NCBI GenBank assembly: GCA_965206885.1
Contig: CBDBLJ010000002.1
Coordinates: 18,459 to 82,458, forward strand
From: Amylibacter sp.
GTDB lineage: Bacteria > Pseudomonadota > Alphaproteobacteria > Rhodobacterales > Rhodobacteraceae
DNA length: 64,000 nt
Reading direction: 5' to 3'
Part shown: positions 40,036 to 48,951 of the stretch, one piece after another
How positions within the stretch are numbered: position 1 is the first letter of the stretch
Layout: every line of letters begins with the position of its first letter
Position numbers and translations under genes: made by a program
Notes under the pieces: model-generated
Databases searched by the model: none
What the model was told of the DNA's origin: nothing
The model's input: only the letters and a program-made list of their open reading frames with translations

Positions 40036-40966
40036 GAGTCTGGCCGAAAACTATTTCAATGATTTCAACCCCTTGCTAATCGCCGTGTGACCATTCTGAT
40101 ATGGGCGATGAGGAGCCAGCTTTCAGCAGAAGCAATGGATTTCTCCCAATCTTTTGCCAATCGGCGGCACCGCCCCAACCAGGCAAAGGTGCGCTCGACA
40201 ACCCACCGTCTTGGAATGAGTTCAAATCCCACAGCCTTGTCACTGCGCTTTAAAATTTCGATAGTCCAACAGCCCATATTTTCTAAAGCTTCTCGTAATT
40301 TTGGCCCCGCATATCCTCCATCGGCAAACACATGTCGGAGTTTGGGATGGGAGTAGTAGATAGATTTGAGGACATCAACGGCCCCATCTCGATCTTGAAT
40401 GCCCGCACTGTGGATGATAAATCCGATCAACAGCCCGATGGTATCTGTGATGATATGGCGCTTACGGCCGTTTATCTTTTTCCCTGCGTCGTAGCCGGAA
40501 ACACCACCGCTTTCTGTCGTTTTAACACTCTGGCTGTCAATAACACCTGCACTTGGACTGGCTGCGCGACCTGCCAATTCCCGCGCCTTGATGACAAGCG
40601 TATCGTTGATCCGGTACAACACGCCATTGTCCCGCCAGTCGTAAAAATACTCCTGTATTGTAGTCCTCGGCGGGAAATCTTTCGGGATCATTCGCCACTG
40701 ACATCCCGTGCTCGCCATGTATTGCACTCCGTCCCACACATCGCGCATTTCGGTTGTTCTGGGCCGACCAACCACATTGGATTCTGGCAGCAGTGGTTCA
40801 ATTATTGCCCACTCTTCGTCCGTGCAATCACTTGCATAACGCCCATTGTTTCGCTCATATAGGGGGCGAGTAATATCAGTCCAAGCCATAAAATTCTCCA
40901 TCTTATTTGATAAAGAGAGTGAATCACAACTTACTGATATTACTCAACTAGTTTTCGGCCAGACAC
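40036..40966 (-). mobile_element. IS5-family (IS1031-like) insertion sequence, 931 bp
   Basis: 18-bp IR G(A/T)GTCTGGCCGAAAACTA; 3-bp TSD TTA at 40033..40035 and 40967..40969. Confidence 0.93.
40065..40889 (-). CDS. IS5-family transposase
   Basis: YASDCTDEEW, TGCQWRMIPKDFPP, VIDSQSVK, GRKRH, ADGGY and RWVVERTFAW motifs. Confidence 0.93.
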   Translation of the reverse strand: MAWTDITRPLYERNNGRYASDCTDEEWAIIEPLLPESNVVGRPRTTEMRDVWDGVQYMASTGCQWRMIPKDFPPRTTIQEYFYDWRDNGVLYRINDTLVIKARELAGRAASPSAGVIDSQSVKTTESGGVSGYDAGKKINGRKRHIITDTIGLLIGFIIHSAGIQDRDGAVDVLKSIYYSHPKLRHVFADGGYAGPKLREALENMGCWTIEILKRSDKAVGFELIPRRWVVERTFAWLGRCRRLAKDWEKSIASAESWLLIAHIRMVTRRLARG

Positions 40967-41158
40967 TTAGAAAAATATCTCTGGGCCCTAAAGTAACCTC
41001 GCGCACTCTTGGGGTTTTAACACGTGTAGATTGTTCCAAGGTAAAACTGGTCCAACGGCTTCTGGATCAAATATGTTCAACGTTAGAAGAGCATAAAACA
41101 AATGAGGCGATATAAAATTATTTTTTACATAATATTAAATAACTTTGTTTTGCTTAAC

Positions 41159-41704
41159 TGAACAACTACCGACTTTCGTCGGTAGGTTCACGTTTTGAAT
41201 GTAATTCAAGATACTGACGAATAACGTCATCCGTCACATTTCCACTCGTCGTTGAAAAATAGCCTCTAGCCCAGAACCGTTGCCCCCAATAGCGTTTGCG
41301 TAATTCGGGGTACTCCCGCTGTATCTTGTATGAGGACCTCCCTTTTACGCGTTGCATCACCTTTGAAATTGGGACGTGCGGCGGGACTGACACAAACATA
41401 TGCACATGGTCGGTAGACAATACGCCTTTTTCAATGTGTACGCCCAATTCATTGCACGTTTGTCGTATCAATGTCCGAATACGCTCACGCATTTCACCAC
41501 GCAGCACCTTGTAACGATATTTTGTTACCCAAACGATATGGTATCTGTGATAATATCTGCTATGACTTCCAGTAGAATAGATCATAAGGTTTCCTTCCAT
41601 TTTAAGACCTTACCGCAACGCTGGGTCTTAAAATGGAAGGAAACCTTATGTAAATAACGCTAAAGCTGACCAGCTAAAAGCTGGTGGTTTTAACCAATTA
41701 TTGG
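41159..41704 (-). mobile_element. IS200-family element, copy 2 (inverted relative to copy 1)
   Basis: Reverse complement of 38635..39180; identical TnpA translation in the ORF track. Confidence 0.88.
41166..41585 (-). CDS. tnpA: IS200/IS605 Y1 transposase TnpA
   Basis: Translation identical to 38754..39173. Confidence 0.93.
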   Translation of the reverse strand: MIYSTGSHSRYYHRYHIVWVTKYRYKVLRGEMRERIRTLIRQTCNELGVHIEKGVLSTDHVHMFVSVPPHVPISKVMQRVKGRSSYKIQREYPELRKRYWGQRFWARGYFSTTSGNVTDDVIRQYLELHSKREPTDESR

Positions 41705-41705
41705 A

Positions 41706-42173
41706 AAATTAACAGATCACCACGGAAAGATACGAACAGACGAGAGTTTTGACGACAAATGGATGTTAGTCTTTTTTGGATTTACCAATTGTCCTGATAT
41801 TTGCCCCGTTGGGCTATCAACTATTGCGCAAACCTTGGATGATCTCGGCACAGCATCGACACAGATACAATCGTTGTTTATCACTGTTGACCCTCAGCGT
41901 GACACCCCATCTGTCTTGGCCGATTATATCCCCCAGTTCCACCCAGATATTCTGGGGTTGAGCGGAACAGCCAAACAGATTGATCGCACTGCAAAATCTT
42001 TCAAGATTTTTTATGGAAAAGTTAAAGAGGCAACGGCACCAGACGGTTATACGATGGAACACAGTTCCTCGATGTTTTTGTTTGATCCGAAAGGTGAATT
42101 CGTACGCCTATATGATTTTAATGCGACCAGCGATGAAATACTTGCCGATTTAAAAAGCCGGATGGATATATAG
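41706..42173 (+). pseudogene. SCO1/SenC copper chaperone lacking its 5' end
   Basis: The frame extends upstream of the ORF-track start (KLTDHHGKIRTDESFDDKWMLVFFGFTNCPDICP...YTMEHSS) to the IS200 end; no start codon or membrane anchor remains. Confidence 0.8.
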
Positions 42174-42293
42174 CGACACGTCGTCAAATGATGGGTCTTC
42201 TGTACATTCGATTGAAACTCTACCTACCAAACCATAAACAAAGTTGGGAACTACTTTATGTTTAAAAAATTTCTACACATTTGTATGCTGAGT

Positions 42294-43509
42294 CACGGCA
42301 ATCGCTTGAAAAAGTGGGGATTCCCTTAGCGGGTGATATGTGATTCTCTGGTCATTGAAATGACATTCGGAGCCTCCCATGATCTCAGCCAATATCCTCG
42401 ACCATTTTTCTGCCATTGAAGACCCACGCCAGAGCTGGAAAACTGTTTATCCACTACCCGAAATCCTACTGATTGTGCTCTGCGGTGTTATGGCTGGTGC
42501 TGATGATTTTGCCGAAATAGCCCGATGGGCGGACCGAAAATTGAAATTCTTGCGTGGGTTTCTACCCTTCAAAGATGGGATCCCATCTCATGACACGCTC
42601 AATGATGTGATGAACGCGATTCCCGCTGACCTGTTTAGCGAATGCTTCGTTTCCTGGGTTGCGGCCTTGCGCGATGGCGATGATGAGATCGTGGCAATTG
42701 ACGGCAAGTCGTCACGCCGTGCGCATGGTGAGGATGGCCGCGCCCTGCATCTGGTTTCAGCTTGGGCAACGCGTCAGAGATTGGTCTTGGGGCAAGAATC
42801 CTGTGACGAGAAAGAGAATGAAATCAGCGCGATACCTCGACTACTGGCGCGGCTTGAGTTGAAAGGCGCGCTGGTCACGATTGATGCAATGGGCTGCCAA
42901 CACGGTATTGCTGCGGCGATCCTCGCACAAGGCGCAGACTATCTTTTGGCGCTTAAAGGCAACCAAAAATCACTGCATGAAGAGGTGAGGCTCTATTTCG
43001 ACCAGACCAGTGGTTTGGAAACCCATGAAACCACCGATGCCGATCATGGGCGGATAGAAATCCGTCGTGCCTATGTCAGTCATGATGTAGAGTGGCTGCG
43101 CCCTGATCGGTCTGAGCCTGGCGCACCAAGGTTTCCAGGCCTCGCCGCTATCGGCATGATCGAGGCCGAGGTCAAACACAAAGGTAAAACCAGTTTCTCG
43201 CGACGTTACTATCTGTCCTCCGCACCGCTCTCAGCCAAGCAATTCCTGCGCGCCACACGCGCCCATTGGGGTGTGGAAAATCGCCTGCACTGGGTGATGG
43301 ATGTGGTGTTTCACGACGACCTGATGCGCTTGCGGACCCAAAATGGCCCCGCCAACATGGCTCTGATGCGACATAGTGCAATCAACATCTTCAAGCAAGT
43401 CGGCGATACGGCCAGTCTGAAAATACGAAGAAAAACAGCCGCTTGGGATGATAGTTACCTAAAAGCCGCAATCAAAGGTGAAGGCTGAAATCTTCAAGCG
43501 ATTGCCGTG
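42294..43509 (+). mobile_element. ISAs1-family insertion sequence, 1216 bp, copy 2, without TSD
   Basis: Same IRs and same transposase as copy 1; flanks TATGCTGAGT and GGCTAGGTGT do not match. Confidence 0.93.
42379..43488 (+). CDS. ISAs1-family transposase (369 aa)
   Basis: Translation identical to 24596..25705. Confidence 0.95.
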   Translation: MISANILDHFSAIEDPRQSWKTVYPLPEILLIVLCGVMAGADDFAEIARWADRKLKFLRGFLPFKDGIPSHDTLNDVMNAIPADLFSECFVSWVAALRDGDDEIVAIDGKSSRRAHGEDGRALHLVSAWATRQRLVLGQESCDEKENEISAIPRLLARLELKGALVTIDAMGCQHGIAAAILAQGADYLLALKGNQKSLHEEVRLYFDQTSGLETHETTDADHGRIEIRRAYVSHDVEWLRPDRSEPGAPRFPGLAAIGMIEAEVKHKGKTSFSRRYYLSSAPLSAKQFLRATRAHWGVENRLHWVMDVVFHDDLMRLRTQNGPANMALMRHSAINIFKQVGDTASLKIRRKTAAWDDSYLKAAIKGEG

Positions 43510-43645
43510 GGCTAGGTGTAATGCCATGATGCAGCATTGATCTACGCCATGAGGCCGCGATCATAGAGTGTGCAGGCGATTTCACATCAATCGCATACCG
43601 TACTTTTTCTGAATGTTCTTGATAGGCTTCCGCCAAGTCAGTCAT
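43510..43645 (-). pseudogene. 5' remnant of a GAF-domain (AcoR-like) regulator cut off by ISAs1
   Basis: RBS GGGAGA, then MTDLAEAYQEHSEKVRYAIDVKSPAHSMIAASWRRSMLHHGITPS up to the IS end; I..SW.RS...G..P is typical of AcoR-type N-termini. Confidence 0.6.
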
Positions 43646-43727
43646 GTAATTCTCCCAAGTAGGATCAAACCATGAGCCGAGTTAAAAATCAATATAGCTT
43701 CAGATTACATTATATTGAGTTGAATCA

Positions 43728-44282
43728 TCATCCATCAACCATTGTTTTCAAAACATCCGTCCAAACTGAAACTGTTGTATCTAGATTTTCCGCTGCAAAC
43801 GCAGAAACACCAACAGCACGTCGCAAAACATCAAACCCAACAAAATGAGCTACTATCAAAGCTGCACGTTGCTCTTTATCTTCCCCATCAAGCCATTCCG
43901 CCATTTCAGATATAATAACTTTTTCAATTCGCTCTTTTAGATGTGGACCAATGGTTTCAGAACTTAATGATTTGACAATCACCATCGTTAAATCAAGATC
44001 ATCATCATAGGCTTTGGTTGCAAAATGATGGGTAATATTCTCACAAAATTCCTCTTTTGAACCAACCAAGAGGCCCTCAAACGTGATGTGCCCATCAATT
44101 GCTTCATAAAACAGTTTTTCTTTGCCACCGAAATACCGATTAATCAAAGATGGGTTTACACCGACTTCACTGGCAATTTCTCGAACGGAAGCAGCATCAT
44201 AACCTTTACGGGAAAAAGAACGTTGAGCGGATGCAATGATATCAGAACGTGTTGCTTCTGCATTACGTTTTCGTTCACTCAT
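43728..44282 (-). CDS. TetR-family regulator
   Basis: TRSDIIASA...FSRKGYDAASVREIA...GVNPSLINRYFGGKEKLF. Confidence 0.9.
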   Translation of the reverse strand: MSERKRNAEATRSDIIASAQRSFSRKGYDAASVREIASEVGVNPSLINRYFGGKEKLFYEAIDGHITFEGLLVGSKEEFCENITHHFATKAYDDDLDLTMVIVKSLSSETIGPHLKERIEKVIISEMAEWLDGEDKEQRAALIVAHFVGFDVLRRAVGVSAFAAENLDTTVSVWTDVLKTMVDG

Positions 44283-44296
44283 ACTTTACGCTCCAA

Positions 44297-44316
44297 AAGT
44301 AAACACCTGTTGACTT
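44297..44316. promoter_or_regulatory. Candidate TetR operator AAGTAAACA-CC-TGTTGACTT overlapping a TTGACT -35 element
   Basis: Dyad with 8/9 matching arms in the tetR-iorA divergent region. Confidence 0.55.
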
Positions 44317-44397
44317 GCGTGAATTGCTTTAATAACTTCCATGATAAATGACATAGAAAACCATATAAATCCACTCTAATACATCACAGAGGCTAAG

Positions 44398-44859
44398 ATG
44401 ATCAAACTCACCGTAGATGGTACAAAACACGAATTAAACGTAGAGCCCGAAATGCCATTACTTTGGGTTTTACGCGATGAATTGAACATCACTGGTCCTA
44501 AATATGGGTGTGGTATTGCTCAATGTGGCGCTTGTACTGTGCATATCGATGGCGTCGCAACAAAATCTTGTCAAATTCCTATTGGTGATCTGGACGGCGA
44601 AGTGACAACCATCGAAGGTTTAGGCACACCAAAAGCTTTGCACGCGGTTCAAGAAGCATGGGTGGAACACCAAGTGGCACAATGTGGATATTGCCAATCT
44701 GGGCAGATCATGGCCGCTGCATCTTTTTTGGCAGAAACACCAAACCCAACAGATGCAGACATTGATGACGCTATGTCCAGCAACCTATGTCGTTGTGGCA
44801 CCTACCCACGTATTCGTGCTGCGGTGAAAGCCGCCGCCGTTAAATTGGGAGGCGCATAA
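44398..44859 (+). CDS. (2Fe-2S)-binding subunit, isoquinoline 1-oxidoreductase alpha-like
   Basis: [23 protein letters not shown] and NLCRCGTY. Confidence 0.92.
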   Translation: MIKLTVDGTKHELNVEPEMPLLWVLRDELNITGPKYGCGIAQCGACTVHIDGVATKSCQIPIGDLDGEVTTIEGLGTPKALHAVQEAWVEHQVAQCGYCQSGQIMAAASFLAETPNPTDADIDDAMSSNLCRCGTYPRIRAAVKAAAVKLGGA

Positions 44860-44861
44860 TC

Positions 44862-47102
44862 ATGGGCCGTATAAAAACAATCGCAAGACGGACATTCCTT
44901 ATCGGCTCTGCTGCCATCGTTGGCGGCGTCGCTTTTGGATATTATGCTTATAAAAAGCCTATCGCAAACCCGTTGTTAGATAATCTAGCCGAAGATGAAG
45001 CCGCAATAACGCCTTATGTCCGTATTGATCAATCGGGTGTCACTATCATCACGCCACGCGCTGATAAAGGCCAAGGCACCTATTCCATCCAAGCAGCATT
45101 GGTTGCAGAGGAACTTGATATCGCATGGGAAGATATTCAGGTCGACCCTAGTCCACCAAGCCCTGCTTACTATAATGCAAAAGTATTAGGAGAAGGTCTT
45201 CCCTTTGCTGCAGTTGACGACAGCTTTATAGCACGCAACGGTCGTGCCTTTGGTGGCGTATTAGGAAAACTACTTGGGATCCAAATAACAGGTGGATCCA
45301 CAACGGTTCCTGATGCCTATGAAAAAATGCGTATTGCTGGTGCTGTTGCGCGTGAAACTTTACTACTGGCCGCAGTAAAACAATCTAGCATTGCGCGCGA
45401 TCTACTGACAACCAAAGATGGCGCTGTAATTCTACCAGATGGCACATCCTTGTCTTATACCTCTTTAGCGCAAACAGCGGCACAGATTGATCCCCCCTCA
45501 GAAGTGACATTAAAACCTGAAAGCGAATGGCGCTATATTGGCAAAGAAATGCCGCGTATTGATATTCTTGCCAAATCTACAGGTACTTTAATCTATGGCA
45601 TCGATATGAAAATGGACGGCATGGCTCACGCATCTGTACGTACAAACCCACGTATTGGCGGCGGTGTGAACAGTTATGATGACAGCGCTGCACAAAAAAT
45701 GCGCGGTGTACAAAAAATCATCCCTATCACAGGTGGCGCTGGTGTTATTGCAGATAATACATGGCGTGCTATTCAAGCTGTGAATGCTATTGAGTTCGAT
45801 TGGAAGGAGGCACCCTATCCTGCCACATCCGATGACTTGTGGAGTAAAGTGGCAACGTCTTTTACCTCTGATTACCAAGATAGCCAATTCAAAGATGAAG
45901 GCGATATTGATACAGCCTTAAAAAATAATGACGTTTTAGAAGCCGAATATCGTATACCATTTCTAGCACACGCCCCCTTAGAGCCTATGAACGCTATTGT
46001 GTTGTTGAAAGATGCGCGCTTGGACATTTGGACAGGTACACAAATTCCGTTAAATATGATGGAAACAGTCGAAAAAATGACTGGGTTGTCGGCAGAAAAC
46101 ATTCATATCCATGTGCAAATGATGGGCGGCAGCTTTGGTCGACGCCTAGAGGATGATTATGTCCGCCAGACGATTGAGCTGGCCCAAGCAATGGAAGGCA
46201 CGCCCATTAAAATGACATGGTCACGTGAAGAAGACATGACACATGATTTTCCACGAACCCTGCAAATGTCACGTGCCAGTGGTACTGTAAAAGACGGTAA
46301 AGTCGAAAGTTATGACCTTGCGATAGCTGCCCTTTCAACAACAGAATCTCAGCTTGGCCGCCTTGGCCTGCCAGCTCTAGGTCCAGATACAGCAATTGTT
46401 GCAGCGGCTTGGGATCAACCCTTTGCCATACCGAACCACCGCGTCACAGGTTACCGCGTACCAGCAATGGTGCCTGTCAGTTCATGGCGCTCTGTTGGTG
46501 CATCAGGTAACGGTTTCTTATATAATGCGTTTCTAGATGAGTTAATACATGCCGCAGGCGCAGATCCATTGATGGAACGTATCCGTCTGTGTAACCACGA
46601 TCAATCACGTAAAACACTTGAAACCATTGGTGAAATGTCCAACTGGGGCAGTGATTTAGGACCAAACCGTTTCCGTGGTCTTGCCTTTACAGTCTCCTTT
46701 GGTGTTCCTGTGGCGGAGGTGATTGAAATTACGAACACCGAAGATGGCATTAAACTAGATAAAGTCTTTGTTGCTTGCGAAGTGGGCAAGGTTTTAGACC
46801 CCATAAACTTTGAGAACCAAGTCCAAGGTGGTGTGATCTGGGGTCTTGGGCATGCTATGGCTGCGGAACTAACCTATGATGATGGAATGCCAGAACAAAC
46901 CAATTATGATGGGTTTGAAGCAATGCGACTATATCAAGCTCCAGAAATCATCGTGCGTGGTTTGGAAAATGGTACCGAAGTGCGTGGCATTGGTGAGCCA
47001 ACAGTGCCTCCAGCAGCACCAGCTTTAGCAGCAGCAATCTTTGCGGCAACAGGCGAACGGATACGCGAATTGCCAATGAGCAATACGATTGATTTCGTGT
47101 AA
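44862..47102 (+). CDS. Molybdopterin-binding subunit, isoquinoline 1-oxidoreductase beta-like, Tat-exported
   Basis: RRTFL twin-arginine motif, KGQG, TGGSTT, GGSFGRR, WRSVG and GIGEP.VPP motifs. Confidence 0.9.
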   Translation: MGRIKTIARRTFLIGSAAIVGGVAFGYYAYKKPIANPLLDNLAEDEAAITPYVRIDQSGVTIITPRADKGQGTYSIQAALVAEELDIAWEDIQVDPSPPSPAYYNAKVLGEGLPFAAVDDSFIARNGRAFGGVLGKLLGIQITGGSTTVPDAYEKMRIAGAVARETLLLAAVKQSSIARDLLTTKDGAVILPDGTSLSYTSLAQTAAQIDPPSEVTLKPESEWRYIGKEMPRIDILAKSTGTLIYGIDMKMDGMAHASVRTNPRIGGGVNSYDDSAAQKMRGVQKIIPITGGAGVIADNTWRAIQAVNAIEFDWKEAPYPATSDDLWSKVATSFTSDYQDSQFKDEGDIDTALKNNDVLEAEYRIPFLAHAPLEPMNAIVLLKDARLDIWTGTQIPLNMMETVEKMTGLSAENIHIHVQMMGGSFGRRLEDDYVRQTIELAQAMEGTPIKMTWSREEDMTHDFPRTLQMSRASGTVKDGKVESYDLAIAALSTTESQLGRLGLPALGPDTAIVAAAWDQPFAIPNHRVTGYRVPAMVPVSSWRSVGASGNGFLYNAFLDELIHAAGADPLMERIRLCNHDQSRKTLETIGEMSNWGSDLGPNRFRGLAFTVSFGVPVAEVIEITNTEDGIKLDKVFVACEVGKVLDPINFENQVQGGVIWGLGHAMAAELTYDDGMPEQTNYDGFEAMRLYQAPEIIVRGLENGTEVRGIGEPTVPPAAPALAAAIFAATGERIRELPMSNTIDFV

Positions 47103-47115
47103 AGGATCAAACTAA

Positions 47116-47147
47116 ATAAGATTGCGTGTGATAGTACGCAATCTTAT
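47116..47147 (+). terminator. Hairpin after iorB with a perfect 12-bp stem
   Basis: ATAAGATTGCGT-GTGATAGT-ACGCAATCTTAT, 14 bp after the stop, with A/T-rich flanks. Confidence 0.55.
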
Positions 47148-47235
47148 AAACATTAAATAAGTCCACTAAGTAATTATTAATTAACAATAATAAACAAAAA
47201 TTGACATTCTCACCGCTTTCAGCCTTTTTAAGGGA

Positions 47236-48948
47236 ATGGCTCGCGCAACAGTAAAAAACTCTGAATACTCTTTGGCTCTCATCTTGCTATTTGCAGCTGG
47301 GGTTATCTTGGCTATTTTTTACTCCATCGCAGCTCAGACATTTGAAAACATCGAAAAAACGCAAAGCCGTTCCAAACTGGCATTATATCAAAGCACGATT
47401 GAAAATGAACTTTTGCGCTTGCAGCACTTACCTTCTGTCATTGCGAGTAATCCTTTAGTCTTAGATGCCTTAAAAACACACAAATTTGATACACTAAACG
47501 CAAAGCTTTTAGATATTTCGAATGCGGCACGTGCCGAAGCGATATATTTGATGATGCCTGATGGTTTAACAGTTGCCGCATCAAATTACAAAAAAACACA
47601 GACCTTTATCGGACAAAACTACGGGTTCCGCAGCTATTTTAAAGACGCGATGAAAGGCAATAACAGCACATTCTTTGCGATTGGGGCGACGACATCAAGA
47701 CCTGGGTATTTTCTTGCATCCCCCATAATATCTCAAGGCAAGATACTGGGTATTCTCGCTTTGAAGTTAGACCTAACGGCCTTGAATAGAGTATTGGAAG
47801 AAACCAACGATCTAATTTTTGTCACAAATCCTGACGGTATTGTCGTTCTGTCATCCAAACCTTCGCAACATTATAATGCAATCACCAGAATTACAGCTAT
47901 ACGAATGGAAAAAATCAAGGCAGAGCGACAGTTTGGCAAACGTATCATTGGGCAAGTCGACTGGAATTTAGATGGTGAGACACATGTATCGTATAAAAAT
48001 GGTAATTATTACCTTGCCAGATCAAATATTAATGGCACCAAATGGACACTCCATTATTTAGTAGACACATCGGCCGCTCGACAAAAAGCGCTGGGGATCG
48101 TTGCTGGCGTCGCCATTATTATGACTTTAAGCGCGTTGGCTTTTGTCTTTTGGCGCGTGCAACGTGTACGCCGCGCTCTGACAGCATCCATCGAAGATCG
48201 TAAAAGGTTGCAACGTGAAATCGAAACACGGCGTCAAGCTGAAGCTGATTTGAGAAACGCACAAAAGGAATTAAAGCGCAGCAGTAAAATGGCGGCATTA
48301 GGCCAACTTTCCGCCTCTGTCACCCATGAATTAGGCCAGCCAATTTCTGCCATGAAAAACCACATTACAGCAGAAGAGATCACAGCTGGCACACTATCCC
48401 CCGTAATGATCCATTTATCTGGCATCCTCGGGCGTATGGAAAACATCACACATCAATTGCGCTTTTTTTCCACATCTGGCGCAGAAGCAAGTACCGCTGT
48501 TTCGCTACCAGATGTCATCAATAACGCTTATGAATTAATACGCCATGACTGTGAACGCCATAACGTGACATATCAAACGCACGGGTTAGATCAGGATTTA
48601 CAAACATGGGGTAATCAAACCCGTTTAGAGCAAGTTCTGATCAATCTAATGAAAAATAGCATCAAGGCAATGTCCGATCATACCTCAAAGAAATTGGATG
48701 TATTTCTATCCCAAACAGATGAGCATATCCTAATTAAAGTCAGTGATACAGGCCAAGGGTTGCAAGGACAAAGCCTAGATCAAATCGTTGAACCATTCCA
48801 TACAACCGCTTCATCTGGCGAAGGTATGGGGTTGGGTTTAGCAATTTCCACATCTATCATTCACGAACATACAGGCACATTGGATGTCACCGAAAACCCA
48901 CAAGGTGGTACCTGCTTCACTATCTGCCTGCCAAAATACATCGAGTAA
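47236..48948 (+). CDS. dctB: C4-dicarboxylate sensor histidine kinase, DctB-like
   Basis: Two TM segments around a Cache domain (GQNYGFRSYF, GATTSRPGYF); H-box HELGQP, N-box RLEQVLINL, G-box GMGLGLAIS. Confidence 0.85.
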   Translation: MARATVKNSEYSLALILLFAAGVILAIFYSIAAQTFENIEKTQSRSKLALYQSTIENELLRLQHLPSVIASNPLVLDALKTHKFDTLNAKLLDISNAARAEAIYLMMPDGLTVAASNYKKTQTFIGQNYGFRSYFKDAMKGNNSTFFAIGATTSRPGYFLASPIISQGKILGILALKLDLTALNRVLEETNDLIFVTNPDGIVVLSSKPSQHYNAITRITAIRMEKIKAERQFGKRIIGQVDWNLDGETHVSYKNGNYYLARSNINGTKWTLHYLVDTSAARQKALGIVAGVAIIMTLSALAFVFWRVQRVRRALTASIEDRKRLQREIETRRQAEADLRNAQKELKRSSKMAALGQLSASVTHELGQPISAMKNHITAEEITAGTLSPVMIHLSGILGRMENITHQLRFFSTSGAEASTAVSLPDVINNAYELIRHDCERHNVTYQTHGLDQDLQTWGNQTRLEQVLINLMKNSIKAMSDHTSKKLDVFLSQTDEHILIKVSDTGQGLQGQSLDQIVEPFHTTASSGEGMGLGLAISTSIIHEHTGTLDVTENPQGGTCFTICLPKYIE

Positions 48949-48951
48949 AAC

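Larger units (their letters stand above)
39288..41115 (+). pseudogene. LysR regulator (SlcR-like) split by IS5
   Basis: GSFSAAA..VCVTHAAVGQQMKRLE HTH; joining 39288..40035 with 40970..41115 gives an in-frame 297-aa protein (...AQLRKISLGPK...). Confidence 0.88.

Noticed and set aside
41102-41161. Short ORF MRRYKIIFYIILNNFVLLN as the missing sco N-terminus
   Set aside because: It is out of frame with sco after removing IS200 at the inferred ends, and too short for the usual anchor plus linker.
24575-43509. Possible inversion of the 16.5 kb between the inverted ISAs1 copies
   Set aside because: Copy 1 retains both TSD copies and the SBP halves are collinear, so no net inversion has occurred between these two copies.
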